From NCBI RefSeq assembly GCF_001194135.2, contig NC_068981.1, positions 122,364,250 through 122,428,195 of the forward strand: DNA of 63,946 nt. The letters are read 5' to 3'. This DNA comes from Octopus bimaculoides. Its lineage: Eukaryota. The stretch's first letter is position 1; every line of letters begins with the position of its first letter. The position numbers and the translations under genes are program-made. Below the pieces are notes generated by a model that searched no databases, was not told the DNA's origin, and was given only the letters and a program-made list of their open reading frames with translations. Below, piece by piece: positions 12,605 to 27,968 of this stretch.

Positions 12605-15600
12605 CATGTGTGTCCCAATCTATCTATCTATCTACTTATATACGTATCTCTCTGTTTATCTTTCTCTCTTCTCTCCTTCTCTGTATATATATACACGCAT
12701 GGAAATTCGAACGTATTTCTTTTTCTTTTGTTTCGTACGTATTAAAGGTTACTGATAATTTCAAATGAGGCACGACAGTTGCATTGCAATATATAAGTAA
12801 AACATCATCGACTTACAATGTTTTGAGAGGGTTAGTAAATACCTCACGTTTTTCGTCCTCTATGCAGATGAGAAAAAATGTAACTCTTTTGTTCTCTGCA
12901 CAGATGATATGATAAACTCATCTATTTTGTCTCAAAGGGCATAATATTTGCGCTCCTTCAATACGATGTGTAAAATTGCATGCGCTCAATGAAAGCGCGA
13001 CAATTGATAACCTGATCCTGTTAAATACATGAATAGTTTTTAAATGTGGGGTTGTCATGCAGTTATAATAAATCCAGTATATGCGAAACAAAATGTCCTA
13101 TCAAATTGATAGAGCACATTCCTCAATAATTGCTTCAAGAAAATTACTGCTGAAATCTGCTACTTACAATATTTACTTCCAAATTTGTAAATGCTGCAAT
13201 TTAGAAGGCTTAAGTATTGTGCGACTATTACTATAAGCAGATGTGTAGACACAAAATACAGATACAAATACACATTTATTGCTATGCGTAGCCCCTAAAA
13301 TGTAGTAAATTTAATAATATAACTGGACTGATTTGCACCAAAAATGATTTACTACTCAAATCTTAAATGAAAAAGAAATTGACGCACATTAAAATTACAT
13401 ATAGACGTTGTTTATTGGGTGAGTAACAACTTTACTCAAGCACAGGAACACAGACACATAAATATATTTATACACACACACATACATATGATTTTATGTA
13501 CAGAGTTATAAATATTTGTAAATATATGACTTATCACCTTCCATTGTTTTCACATAGGCATCAATTTTGAATCGAACGATATTTATTGGACATAAAATCA
13601 TGCTTAGTAACATTATTATCGACTTGCTACTCACATACTATTACATACAGATATATTCACACACTTACCCTTATGTACGCATGTGCTGCCCTCATATACA
13701 TATGTATGTGTTTGTGACTTTGAATGTATGTGTTAGTGTGTCCATCGAAAGCAGGACTATTTAAACAAGTGCGTAAAGTACACTTTAATCAGCAGCACTT
13801 AAAAAGGCACACATCTCTCTTGTTAAAATATATGCGAATTGTTAATGATGAATCCCTGAATGCCTTATTATAGTTTGGTTCTTTCTAAAAGATCGCTAGG
13901 TGGGGAAGGAACTGTCATGATTTTGTTTTTATTTATTCACAATGGAGAATTCAATTTCTTTTTGTAATTAGATTTCTGTAGATATCATCATTCGCACATT
14001 ATCTTGCTTTTTATTAATGAACAATTTTTTATGTACAATACTTCAGCGAGGAATAGAAGACTGTTCTTCAATCTCGGCCTGTTGGACGCTTACCTGGGCT
14101 TCTATACATTTTTCTCACATATCTTTTGGCTCAAGGTCTCCAAAATGACCTATTGCAGTGTTGACGTTATTTGGTGTGGAAATATGAAAGTAATTCATCT
14201 GGTATAGTTTGAACTTGATATATTGCTGAATATTCCAGATATATTTCTAAAATGCATGCATATATATCTCATTCATAAGCGCTATTAATATTGGTTTCTT
14301 TGTTTCCATATCGAAATGTCATATTATATATTGATGGAAGTGTTGCTTAATATATTAAATATGATAATGTGATTTGCATTTTCCGAGTCATTTTAAATTA
14401 TATCTGTAGATGATGTTGAAAACAGCGAAGTAAATAATAGATGTTTAATTAATCTTATTTCATAGAGCTTAATTGAATGAAACCTCACTTTAATGACCTC
14501 TCAGACACTTCACAGTTTCACGAAATGAATTCCATTTTAATGTGAAACTATTTATTTACCTAATTACACTTGAGCATAAACACGCATGCTTAAACATGTG
14601 CAAAAGCACTGAGCAATTTATTTCCACTGAAACACAGGACACTCTTTAAACGTATTATTAAACATTATCTTGAATATGAATTACTGAATGCCAATATGTA
14701 CACTGCATCGCAAATGTGTTCGGTACATAACAGATCATTCAAGGCTAACCGTTACAAATGTCCAATGTCTAATGAAACAATTTTGTGAAATTAAATTGTA
14801 TGGAATTCTGTGTGGAGATTCTAGCAACAACTTATTTTAAATCTCACTGAATTGGCAAACAAATGACTCATCACAATTCAGACGTTATAGTTACATATGA
14901 AAGTCCATTCAACGCAGAAGACTTGTAATATATTATATTAGATCTAAAATACTTAAGTCCTAGTACTGTGTTGTAGTTTCTGAAAAATAAATGCAGGCAT
15001 CATTTGGATTTAAGTGTGACATCAGATTTTCTGAAACCGCACGTTAAAAGGAATATGGTCAAACCACGTGTATTCTCGGCCGCCATAGTGTAGGCACATA
15101 TCTACACACACGCGCGAGCGCGTGCACACACACAGAGACACACAGACACACGCACACACGCACTCACACACGCACCCACAATATGCATGCTTGCTTGTAT
15201 GAATGTGTGCATATATNNNNNNNNNNNNNNNNNNNNNNNNNNNNNNNNNNNNNNNNNNNNNNNNNNNNNNNNNNNNNNNNNNNNNNNNNNNNNNNNNNNN
15301 NNNNNNNNNNNNNNNNNNNNNNNNNNNNNNNNNNNNNNNNNNNNNNNNNNNNNNNNNNNNNNNNNNNNNNNNNNNNNNNNNNNNNNNNNNNNNNNNNNNN
15401 NNNNNNNNNNTATATATATATATATTGATTATATGTGTATAGATTGATAGAATGATATATACAGAGTGATAAAGGAAATACATAGAGTAACACAGGTTAT
15501 ACACATTTACTTATATTTTAGAAGCTTTCAGCTCTTTAACATATGCATTGGGGGGGGGGGGTTCTTGGTTCAATCATATCAGGTTGTCGATTGACCGACT

Positions 15601-15805
15601 GAAAATATAGGGATCACTAAACTAAGTTATCTTCACAAACCATCTGCCAAGAAGACGAGATAATTATGACTAGAACATTTTGATGTCGATCAAGTTTGTC
15701 GAGCCCAATCGCTTCTTAGAAAGAAAACCAAAATCAACAAGTTTGAGCTATTTCTGAACGCAATGATGAAAATAATACATATTTATGAGATGCTGTCTCA
15801 GAGCC

Positions 15806-16050
15806 TGTGGAGACGTCCGGCTTAGTTGTTAAGGTGTTGGGCTAATGATCGCAAGATTGTGGTTTCGATTCCATGACCAGGCGACGCGTTGTGTTCTTGA
15901 GCAAGCACTTCATTTCACCCTCATCCAGTTCCTTTAGATGGCAAAAATGAGTAATGCTGCGAAGGACCGGCGTTCAGTCCAGGTGGGGAATATATACGCC
16001 ATTCAAGCCGGGAAACCGGCCCATATCAGCTTGGCATTGGCTTGAGAAGA
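15806..16050 (+). mobile_element. tRNA-derived SINE with CORE-like central segment
   Basis: A-box-like ggcttagttgttaag (~15819) and B-box-like ggtttcgattcc (15861-15872). Followed by tgtgttcttgagcaagcacttcatttcac, similar to the CORE motif tgtgaccttgggcaagtcactt. Degenerate and lacks a tRNA 3' arm, so not a tRNA gene. Confidence 0.7.
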
Positions 16051-19000
16051 AAATTTTATTTTTATTCATCTCAGAACGTAAATGTCTCCAACTAGGTCCC
16101 AGTCATTCTTTTTCTATGTATACATGTGTTAATATCTACCTGTAAAATCGGTGATGTTATGATCAAGCTAAACCTGAACACAGACTAATAAAGCAAAAAA
16201 AACTTTGCACATGCATTTGTCTTGTTGTAGGAATTTAAATCTCTTAAATCTGATTCGTAATTCTCCTTTGTAACATATTGCAAACAGTTCAAGATCCTAT
16301 TTGAAATACCCCATTGACAAAATTTTTAATAAAAAGATGATTAGTAAATATAATAATACGAGTAAATTAAAATTTGCAGAAATATATATGTTTTTCAAGG
16401 TCGGTATATAATATAAATTTATTATACTGGTGGTGGGTTTCACCGTGTTAACATTCTTTCACTTTCTGTATGTTTAACTCCATCTAAAGAATTTAATTTC
16501 AAAATGGTTTGAAAACATTCAAAGATTCTCATGGGAAGCAGCAGGTATGCGATCTATATAAATAAAACGTAGAAAAATTAGAACCAATTTGTATTTTAAT
16601 CAATCAAAAAACACCAGAAACAAACAAGGCAGTGATTTTCCACAATTTACTCTTTTGCTTTTTGTTGAATCTGTATTAAAAACATCCTTTTATTCTCACA
16701 TCAAATTCTTCTGCAACATCAAATGATTTTATTTACTCGTGCTTGCAGTAATACCATACTTCTCCTCCAACACATTTTCATTGTATTCTAACGGCGAATA
16801 AATTTCTTCAAGGTATCTCCCCTGCTTTCTTTCTTTCCGCGAAGATAATTAAGATTTACATTGAAAATTTGTTAGAATATGCAGTTTCATACTTGTACAT
16901 AAGTTATTATAAACATACACACACACTCACAAATATCAGAGTAAGTTTCTTGTAGGACTCAGTTGTCAGTTCACATAATAATTGCTTACATAGTAGTGTA
17001 AGGTAAAGTGTCCATTTAACTTAAAATCCAGAAGACCAAGCGATAAATTATTATGTGAGAAGTATACGAAAACAGATTCAAGAGCTATAAGAGTTGAACA
17101 TAGATTTATTTAACCACGTGTCATCTATGGCATTAGAGCCTTTCACAACTTTATTAAATTAGTATCATTTTCACTAATTTCACAAGAAATTACGCGTACC
17201 TATTAAATTAAGTGCTGATATTTTGTACACAAGATAAATGCGTAACGAACGCATATAAGTGCAATCGCATATGCAGATATATAAATGTGTGTGTATCTGT
17301 GTGTGTGAGTGTGCATATGTGCGTGCATATATGTGTGTGCGTGTGTGTAAACCGTTCTGTCTGTGTCTGTATTATGCATAGTTATGTTAGAAAAGTCATA
17401 AAAGTGCTCCAGAGAACGTCATGGTGTTTACATATATTTGCATAAATAATAGTTGGTCAATTGTTTTAAAAGTTACGTGAAAATTAATGATTTGAACCTT
17501 TCATAGAGATGACAGTATGTAAAGATGTACACATGTAACTGCATGTATATACATATATANNNNNNNNNNNNNNNNNNNNNNNNNNNNNNNNNNNNNNNNN
17601 NNNNNNNNNNNNNNNNNNNNNNNNNNNNNNNNNNNNNNNNNNNNNNNNNNNNNNNNNNNNNNNNNNNNNNNNNNNNNNNNNNNNNNNNNNNNNNNNNNNN
17701 NNNNNNNNNNNNNNNNNNNNNNNNNNNNNNNNNNNNNNNNNNNNNNNNNNNNNNNNNNNNNNNNNNNNNNNNNNNNNNNNNNNNNNNNNNNNNNNNNNNN
17801 NNNNNNNNNNNNNNNNNNNNNNNNNNNNNNNNNNNNNNNNNNNNNNNNNNNNNNNNNNNNNNNNNNNNNNNNNNNNNNNNNNNNNNNNNNNNNNNNNNNN
17901 NNNNNNNNNNNNNNNNNNNNNNNNNNNNNNNNNNNNNNNNNNNNNNNNNNNNNNNNNNNNNNNNNNNNNNNNNNNNNNNNNNNNNNNNNNNNNNNNNNNN
18001 NNNNNNNNNNNNNNNNNNNNNNNNNNNNNNNNNNNNNNNNNNNNNNNNNNNNNNNNNNNNNNNNNNNNNNNNNNNNNNNNNNNNNNNNNNNNNNNNNNNN
18101 NNNNNNNNNNNNNNNNNNNNNNNNNNNNNNNNNNNNNNNNNNNNNNNNNNNNNNNNNNNNNNNNNNNNNNNNNNNGATACCCGGTATCTCGATCAGTTTG
18201 GGTTTGAACAATATGTTTGAGATCCGTGTTCCCCTATAAAGGGAGACCTTTGGCATGGTGTTGCTTGCAGATAATCTCGAAAAAATTGCAAGCCATGTGG
18301 ATCCTGAGAGAAATACAATTAACAACACAAGAAAACCAATAAGATTAGTTCAAAAAATCGTAAAAAAAAAAAAAAAATCTCATGATGCTTATCTAGATAT
18401 ATGACCAGGCATCGCGTTTGATTTTCGTGCTTTCAGAGCACACATGAACAAAGATATTTTGTATTGTGAATGCGGATATTTTGTATTCTTATATTTAACA
18501 TGTTGCACAATTTTAGGCTGAATTTTGAGTATCATAAATCATTGCCAACTAGATTTAGGGGATTATGCAACATGACATACTTGTCTGGCTCCTGATATTA
18601 ATTCGAATTATATTATGAATCTATTACAGACCTTTAATTGCCAAGCTGACAAATATGCACCGAATTGAGCTAAGGCAACGTTCAAAGCAAACGCTCATAG
18701 TAACAGCATCGCTTACTGGCAACAAACAAATAATTTCAATTCGGCAGATTCTATCCTAGGATATATAACCATGACTCAGTGTCATGGTTACATATGTCAT
18801 GAGGTTCCAAATCTCATGTGATATAAATAGAACTAGATTACATTCTTAATAACAGTTATTTCTAAGAGTAAATATGTTGCTGTCATGCCAAACGCTGCTC
18901 ATAAATTACAATATATCTTTTCCCATGACATTCATTGTTGTTGCTTTATCACTTGAGAATCCACGTGTAAGCAGGCATGTCAGAAGACATCCAGTTATCG

Positions 19001-19153
19001 TTGAAATAATCGCAACATCAATTGTTACAATTTATATACGCATATATATATACATGTGTATATTTAGCTAGGTAGCTTTCTATCCATCTACCTCTCTCTA
19101 TCTCCGTGTATAGCATGGCCGCAGCTCTGAGCTGAAACTTTGAAATGAAATGA

Positions 19154-19240
<87 letters not shown>

Positions 19241-19860
19241 NNNNNNNNNNTGTGTGTGTGTATGTGTGTCTGTGTGTGCGTGTGTATGTGTGTGTATGTG
19301 TGTGTGTGTGTGTTTGTGTGTTACCTAGAAAGAGACAACAAAGCCCATGCAGTGTAAAATATTGTTAGGACATTTATAAAGAGAAAAGTTGTCATATAGC
19401 TGTTTCTGGGATATTAGGGATATTCCTTCATCAGAGACGATATGAGAGAGTTAAATAAGGGGAAATAGTAGAGTTCAATATAAGGAGTTATATTGGAAAA
19501 GGAGGGATATAGGAAGTGTAAAGGGAAATAAGAATATAAAAATAAAAATAAAACTATATGTAGGGTGTTATAGTTGTAGTTCATTTATCTGAGGAAACAG
19601 CTGTGCAGAGTTGGTAGACAGGCTTCTTGTGTGCGGTATGTAAATTCCTATGGGAGTTTATATTTTGATATTATATATATATATAATCCACGCAAACGTA
19701 AATACACACGTACACATATGCACATATATAGACAATGGATTTTTTTAATGAAAGAATATTTTTTTCGAAACCTATTAAAATATTTAAAGGGAGGAGAAAT
19801 AAATCGAGTACTTCATATGCTGCATCTTTCACTTTTCAATTGGCTTGTTCTCTATTCATG

Positions 19861-19908
<48 letters not shown>

Positions 19909-20504
19909 NNNNNNNNNNTGGAAATGTTTCAGAATCTTAATAATTTTCTGTTTTTCGCATTGTTTCTTTATCTTTCTTTTAAATCTACTTTGTATCTACT
20001 TTTTCTTTTTACAATTTCTGCATAATTTTCATTATATTCATCTCAAACTTAAAATATTTCACCTTTTCAGTGAATACGTTTATGGATAATTACTTTTTTT
20101 TTTACTGTATTATATAATCGATAGGATTTTTAGCAAGATATCTGAAAAATCATTCACTAAATATAAATGATTGAAAGACTCGAATTTTTGGGGTTAATCA
20201 ATCGTAATGGTTCTGCAAGTAAGTTGTTCGCTTCACAGTCACATAGTCGGGAGTCAAATAGTCCCAAAGAGTGGGATCTAAGTCATGTATTGGCTGCGGT
20301 TAGTGAAATTTATTTGCACAGAACTAGTAGACAGAAAGTGTGCAGAAACCAGTTGTGTGTGTATTTATATATTTCCTTGATATTGCTATCTGTTATTAAT
20401 TTTATGCGCACGTGCATGTTTGTCCCTGTTTGAATTTTCAGAATTAAACTGGTTGAATAAATTTAAAATGGAATATGTTTTATCACCCAGAATCTCATTC
20501 AAAG

Positions 20505-20514
20505 AATTTTCTTC

Positions 20515-20546
<32 letters not shown>

Positions 20547-20660
20547 CTTCTTCTTCTTCTTCTTCTTCTTCTTCTTCTTCTTCTTCTTCTTCTTCTTCTT
20601 CTTCTTCTTCTTCTTCTTCTTCTTCTTCTTCTTCTTCTTCTCCTTCTTCTTCTTCTTCTT
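20505..20660. repeat. (CTT)n microsatellite
   Basis: Directly visible. Confidence 0.95.
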
Positions 20661-23469
20661 GTACTTATTATTATAATTTGTAGTACGGATACTACTTTAC
20701 ATCATTGTTTTTCGTTATTATCCACATTCTTATTATCAGCAATTTATACCATCGCCCACACAAAAAACAATATTGATATTTTTGTGTCGTTATTGTATAT
20801 TTCATGTTTCGGTAAAATCTGCTGACTACTCGTTCTCTCACAATAACTTTTACACGCTTAACATATAATCATTCTGAGCGTCATGTCTGACATGTTAACA
20901 TGACTTTTGATGACTTGTCTTATTAAAAACTCCTCTCATGTAAATTCATTAGGCTATACGTCTCTCAAATTAACTATTCCTTATATATCCGTCCATCTTC
21001 TAGTAGTGGAGAGAGTCCTCAGCCACCTTCTCTATCGGTTCATATCAGAAACAACTGTCATCATATTTTCCAACTGCATTCGCAATAGGAACCAACTGAA
21101 ATAATAGATATTTTACAATATCAATACCGGTCTATCCGTCGGTCTTCGTAGGAACAACTAGGCTTGGAGAATTCGCCTTGTGATTGTTTCCTTTGGCATT
21201 TGAATCACATCCCCGCAGTACTGCAGCTGTGACTTACTCAGTGAGTTGCGGTTCGATCCCGAGGGACACTCTGATCTCTGACCTACGCTCGATTTCGCCT
21301 AACACTAATCCAGAGATCCAATAAAGAATCCTATTCGAGACCTATATTTTGAATAGCTATGCTTTCGATTTCTCTGCTTTGATATCGTTTCACCATTTAA
21401 TATCCACATTCCTTACCAATTACATATAGTTTTCTAATTCATATATATTTCAAAATCTTATTTGACATCATTTCACGATATCTTTCTTTCCTCTCTCTTT
21501 GCATGTCTCTCATTCACCTTATCTTAACTTATTGTTCTATATTTAACTCACTTTATTTCATTTAATTTTGTTATATTTTGTGTTTCATCCAATCAATAAT
21601 TTCTTTTGAGTTATCCTTTTACAACACTTGTTTATTATACCCATAATACCTTTCAAGATCACAAGTTAATACCCTACATATTTTTTATCCTCCTCCTCTC
21701 TTTCTCCCTGTTTTGTATATACATACCATCTGAGAGTATGCGTATACCTTTGCCCGTCTGTTTATAAGCATGTATGCTTTTATATGTCTATATAAGTATA
21801 TGTACAAGCTATATGCTCAGCTAAGTTATTTGTAAGTATATTTCTACGTCTCTTTATATATATGTGTCTCAATTTCTCCGCGTGTATATGTAAGCATGTG
21901 CGTGTGTATGTGTGTCTGAGTGTGCGTGCGCTTGTATTTGGATGCTTGTTTACATATGATAGTAAGTCGGTGTTGCTAGAAGACTTGCCAAAGGTGGTGC
22001 GTTCCAATATCAATGACCAGAATCACTTACGGTTTGTTTCTTTATCTTTATCTGTAATCAGATCTTAAATTTGAAATGTTTACCTCTATATTTTAGCCAC
22101 TGCCACGGTGCCTAAATTTTATCTGTGTCCATTTCCGTATTTTCATATTTCTATTCATTATTTTCCCTCATCTTTCTCGTGCATCTCTTTGCGAGTGTGG
22201 GCTTAATGACTGTACTTTTATTTCTGTGTTTCTCTTTTTACATATTTCTTTTCGTTCTCACTCCAAAAAATAAGAATAAATTCATATTTCTACGTTTTCC
22301 TTATTTCTTCTTTTGCTCCTTATTCGTTGGATATTGGCACATTTTCGATGACTATCCGGACAGTTGCTTCCTATAGAATATAGTTTCATATATCACAATG
22401 ACGCCTAAGTCACTATGATGTCAGTTTTTATCGTTCGGGTTTTTGTGATTATTTCGATATATATATATATATATAATAAGGGCAAAAAATTGATATTTAT
22501 TTGATTAATATCAATTTGAAACCAGTGGCCTAGAATATTGAAAAATCTGAAGATTCATAAAATTAATACATACATATAAGTGCGACATCCAATATGCTGA
22601 ATGTGAATCCCATATGGTCTGACCACTAAGAAAAAATTGTTCTCAAGAAAATTCGGCGAAACGCCAGAACGTAAGCGAGCAAGACAAATGAAAAGATACA
22701 AAATATAATGATTAGTCACATACCAGATTTCATTGTTACCATTTACTTAAAAGAATAAAAGCATATCAACACACGCTCGCACACACACATATATATACAT
22801 ACATACATACATACATACACACGTGCGCAAACACACATACGTATATATCCATCTCTGTATGTATACGTGCGTTTCTTATATGTATATATTATTTGTGTGT
22901 GAGAGTCTATTTATATATGTGTGTGTTTGAGTGTATATATGTTTGTGTATGTGTTAGTGTGTGTGTTTGTGTATGTGTACCTGCGTGCATGTATATCTGT
23001 GTGAGACCAACTGGTATAGTCGTTATAAAATTAAACGTTTTGCCTCACGGTGTTTGTTTGTAATGTGTTCGAAATTTCGCCCTATTATCGAATGATCGTA
23101 GTTATCTCAGGTTTTCAAATAAAATATCCTTGTTTTGTCGGAGGTCGACTTCCAACAAACACATACATATATGCGTACATACGCACACAGGTATACTTAT
23201 ATGTGAGTGTATTAAAAGTATAATAGTGTAATAATGCACAAATCATATATGCGTTTGTCATACCTGGATTAATACATACGATGGTTTATAAATATGATCA
23301 CAGAGTTTGTGTAAGAGATCATAATGACTGACAATCATTACAACTGGTTTGAGAAGAAAATACACAATAATATATATGTAATTTGACGGTTGCATGGTAA
23401 ATGTTACTCACGAAATATTCCAGCAATTAATAAAGTTAACATATATATCATTGTTTATAAAACTTAGTA

Positions 23470-23645
23470 CACGGTCAACAATTTCAGAGGAGGGAGAAGA
23501 CGTTTACATCGATCCCAGTATTAAGACAGTACTTATTTTATCGAACACGGATGGATAAGAGGCAATGTCAACCACAGCAGTATTTGACCTAGGAACGCAA
23601 TGTCGGAAGAAATGCAGCTAAATATATTTCTGGTGCGATAACAGC
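23470..23645 (-). mobile_element. Degenerate SINE, same family as 29683-29863
   Basis: Contains tttacatcgatcccagta..gtacttattttatcga..aggcaatgtcaaccacagcagtatttgacctaggaacg, the reverse complement of the family body. Confidence 0.6.
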
Positions 23646-26600
23646 TATACATTATTGCGATGCAGACGTATTGGATTAGGGAGAGATGCTTTAAAGTCGA
23701 TATGATCAATATGCTCTTCATCGAATCTTAGTTATATATATTTTTTAACCTTTATCTCAGTATTTCTATCCCAAATTTCCTGTTTCATTCGCTGAATACT
23801 GCAGTAATCGATGGTTGATCTATTATAAATATCTCATGTGACGAAATGTCCAATGAATAAATCTAATTGTTTTTCACAGATTTGATAAAATTTCAAAAAT
23901 ATACAATATTATATTTATATCACGTTTATAGTCACTTGTCTTGGTATACACTAACATACATTACCGTACGCAAAAGGTTGACATCATTCTGATATGCAAA
24001 TATGGCAAATGTCACTGTTGTATAGTCGCGAGTGAACCCTGACGAGCATTGAGATTATTTGCTGAACAATTCGTTGCGGTTCACTTCTAGTTACTCAACA
24101 GTGAGCAGTGGTTCGCTGTGCATTGCTCATAACTCATGAATATGTGATATACCGCTTGGCAATATATTGTATTGAAATTTTAACTTGTCGCCTGTCTTCC
24201 ACTCTCTCGTAACGTCTGGAATATATTTCCAATAAGAAAGATGTTTCAGTATATTTTATAGTTTTGTGTGAGTTTTTTGGCTTCATCTTCGTCGCTTATG
24301 TGTTTTGTATTCTTATGGAAATGTTGCATAACGTAATATAATGCACAATACCACTGCCAACGCAAGATAAAGTAACGATGGGAACTGGCGCACAATATCG
24401 ATACGTTAAATTAATGTGTGCCTCAAGCTGATCGCTCATTTCAGTATAACAATGCTATTATTTTTAGATATGCAAATCGTGCTTTCCACTGAAGTTTAGT
24501 TCAGCATGTAAGCACTCATGTAGCGGTGTTATGATTGCCAGCTATTGTCACAGTTGGTGGCAGACTTTAAAATTATTTCCCACTGTATAAGTTTCTTTTA
24601 CCCTTTCTCTTCCTTATAATTTACATGCAATCATGCTCAAAGCGATGGATTCGTATGAAGAATTTTGATTTGATACCATTGCATTTTAAAATTCACAGTT
24701 TGTGTTGTATAATACTACCTCAGAGCATAATAATCATTGGATAATATATTATTTATTCATTCATCATTTGTATATACCGTTTGCTTTTATGTTCAGTGAT
24801 TTATAATTTTTTTCTGCATTATAAACCATGGATTGGAGGATATTTTTGAGCGGTTTAAGCTTACTGTTAAAACCATGGAAGTAAATACAACAACATTTAA
24901 GAAATAAATATGAATATACTGGCATCCAAAATAAATAAGATTTCATTGTTAATATATCATTTCCGTTTTTATTAATTTTTTTGATTTCTTTGCTAATATC
25001 AGGTGACTGCTAAGTTCGGGAGATCTTTGGAATATTTGTTGGGACAATGCTTGTAGAGAGGAGAAAAGAAGAAAAAATAATTGAAAAATGTTAGTTGCAA
25101 ATTGTGAAGGAGTGAATAAAGAAGCCAAATAAACAGAATAAAACATTTTAAAGAGATGTATCAGATTACTAATTTCCGTTGGAAAGATTTTACACAAATA
25201 CGCGAAAATAAGAAAAAGAAAGACTAAGAGGAAAGGTTCTGAATAAATTGCGAATAATAGTTACACTCGCGCACGCGCACATACAAAGACACATGCATCA
25301 ACACATACACACAGAGAAACATGCATGTATATAATATAGATAGAGAGTAAGAGAAAGACAGAAACTGTTAAAGAGAAGGAAAAGAGAGGGAGAGTAAAAA
25401 AAAAAATCTGTGAAAGCTAAATAGGACCTAGAAATCGGAAGAAAAGAGGAGAAACAGGGCGGCGAAGTTTTAACAAATATATCGACCAACTGACAGGGGA
25501 TAGCACAACTAGACTCACACGCTCACACACGCACAAACTCGCAGTTATAGCCATGAAATCGGAGAGCAAAATTGAAATGTAGGTAGCTAAAATTATGTAT
25601 TGAATGAAAGATGACAGAGCCAGCAAGCGATATAGATATCGGGAGGGATTTAAAAGAAAATGAAGGGAATCATTCGAAGACAGAAAGCGAGTAGTCCAAG
25701 CTAGCTACAGTGATACATAGACTGTGAAAGTGGCGAATGGAGTAAGAGAAGCTTCTATGTTTAATATGTAATGTTATGAAAATCGTTTGTTTAAATACTT
25801 TACAATAGTATTTTCTAATGAATGCTTTTCTAAGTTGATTGGTTGTCAATATCTGAGAAGTTTGAGAAAATAGTAAGTGAATCGTATAATTGCTAATTGT
25901 ATATTTGTTTGGATTAAGTAGAATACGAAAAAAAAACATACTGTGGAATGCTTGACTTTATGGAGAAATGTGTTACTGAGTGCCGTATGCAAGTATTACA
26001 TTTAAGACATTTAAGGCATAAGTATCAAATTCAATCCCTAATTTAGATATTCCCAACATTATTGCAACCTACCTTATATATCATAGTGTATCACATGGTA
26101 TTCCTTATTACATATTAAGTAATATTTTACAGTAGTTGATAAAATAGCTGACATTGGATCTTAATATAGAATATGTTACAGGGTTTGTTCTAGGTGTGCC
26201 TTGCGCAAATTTGCTTTATATTTTTGAGAGAAGTTAAAGTAACATCCAAATATATGGTAATGTTATTTTTTCCCTATTCTTTATCTTCATGTTTTCTATG
26301 CATTTCTCTCCCCCAGTTTTGGTTTCAATGTTCTATGCAAAGTAGGGGATAACTACCTATAACTCCCTGGCTATCCATAACAAACAAGTTCACAATATGC
26401 TATAACAAAGATGTGTTCGACTGTATAGAAATATCGATCAAATCCTCCTTCAAATTCGTCTTCACAAAGGATGCCATCGACACATATGTGGCTCTAGATA
26501 CAAACTGCATTAAAATGTAAAAATAATGACACGATTAGAAACGATTTTAAAATCATACGTATATGTGTTTAGTTATGATCTGGTACTAAAGAATGTCAAC

Positions 26601-27420
26601 TGTTGTATCGTAGAACTAGGCAGTATTGGTATGAGTGTACAAAATACTGATTTTTGATTTTACAAGGCAAACAATTTAATCTGTACTGGAACAGTCTATA
26701 AGCCTGATCCCCAGAAAATAATTGTAGATGGGGAGGAATCAAGAATGTCACTATGAACCTAGTAAACTTTGAAGGGAAAACAACGAATTATTTTTGGATG
26801 TGTACCATCCATGCATCTCTGAAGGGTTAATTTATTGTTATTCTTGTAATTTTGTTCTGATTCTTCTAAAAAAAAATTAATAACAGTCAACGCATGACAC
26901 GTAGGAAAAGATTTAATGAAATTGTAAGAAGTCAATCTTCATCTAATACGGCGTACTTTTAAAGCTTCCTCGCCCTCAAATTTCCTGATGTTCATACAAT
27001 TCATAGATATTTATGGACACCAAGAGAAATTTGAGAACGGAAATGAGATGCAATGATGAAAAATATTCCGTCTATATTGGTTTTGAAATAGATACCATAA
27101 TATCGGATTTGTTGCTGTACAAACAAGTTGCGTTAAGAGAAATTATAAGCAGAAGCAAAATATTTCGAAATACGATTTGATAAAATTTTATTCATTAGTC
27201 CATTTCTTCATATAACATTTACTATAGAAATTACCGGTCTGGGGACTGCGTGATGAGTAAAGACATTTTATTTTTAACTGATAATATTTCAATATTGTAT
27301 GTCAAATGATATAGCATATACCAGAAACTGACATTTTAAGGAATATAGAGTGGTTATTTTTGCTGGTAAATATTGCCTCGTATTCCACTGCGCTGGCTCT
27401 TTTATGTTGGTAACACAATA

Positions 27421-27629
27421 ATGATTTCAAATTTTGGCACGAGGACAGCAATTTGGAGGCAGTGGGTAGTCGATTACATCGACCCCAGGACTCAATTGCT
27501 GCAGATTTTATCGTTCTCGAAAAGATTAAAGATAAATTTGACCTCAGTGGAATTTGAACTGAGAACGTGAAGAGGGGCGAAATTTCGCTAAGCATTTAAA
27601 ATGTTAAAAGTTCTGCCAGCTTGAAGCCT
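27421..27629 (-). mobile_element. SINE (family of 29683-29863), copy 1 of a tandem triad
   Basis: tttcaaattttggcacgagg..gtcgattacatcgaccccag..gacctcagtggaatttgaactgagaacgt..ttctgccagctt matches the reverse complement of the family. Confidence 0.8.
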
Positions 27630-27689
27630 TAGGCTGATAGGCTGATAACATAGTAATGAAGATGACGACAATGATGATGGTGATAACAA

Positions 27690-27905
27690 TAATCCTCATT
27701 TTTACAAGGGGCACAATGCCTAAATCTTTATAGTACGGTGTTAATCGATCTCACCGTTCCCAATACCTAATAGGTAGTAATGTTTGTCGACCCGGAAGAA
27801 ATAAAAGGCAAAGACGGCATCATTGCAATTTGAACTCAGAAAGTAAAGATGGCCGAAATACTATTAAACATTTTATTATTGTGTGATAATTTTCTACCAT
27901 CTGAC
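27690..27905 (-). mobile_element. SINE (same family), copy 2 of the triad, more decayed
   Basis: ggcacaatgcctaaat..gtcgacccggaaga..aaaggcaaagac..atttgaactcagaaagtaaagatgg..gaaatac. Confidence 0.65.
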
Positions 27906-27921
27906 CTCATTAATAATAATA

Positions 27922-27964
<43 letters not shown>

Positions 27965-27968
<4 letters not shown>

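Noticed and set aside
14088-14150. Minus-strand exon ending at the strong donor CAG|gtaagc
   Set aside because: All three frames from the nearest acceptor contain stops; it could only be non-coding or a tiny first exon, and nothing supports that.
15806-15900. tRNA gene
   Set aside because: A/B boxes are present but degenerate and continue into a SINE body; there is no acceptor-stem pairing.
21200-21300. B-box-like GGTTCGATCCC (21250-21260) in a GC-richer island as a tRNA gene
   Set aside because: No correctly spaced A box and no cloverleaf stems. The minus-strand exon reading (VSNRILYWISG..) has a purine-rich, weak acceptor.
27325-27412. Hydrophobic frame NIEWLFLLVNIASYSTALALLCW as a transmembrane exon
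   Set aside because: Weak acceptor, short, ends in TAA and abuts a SINE tail; indistinguishable from chance.
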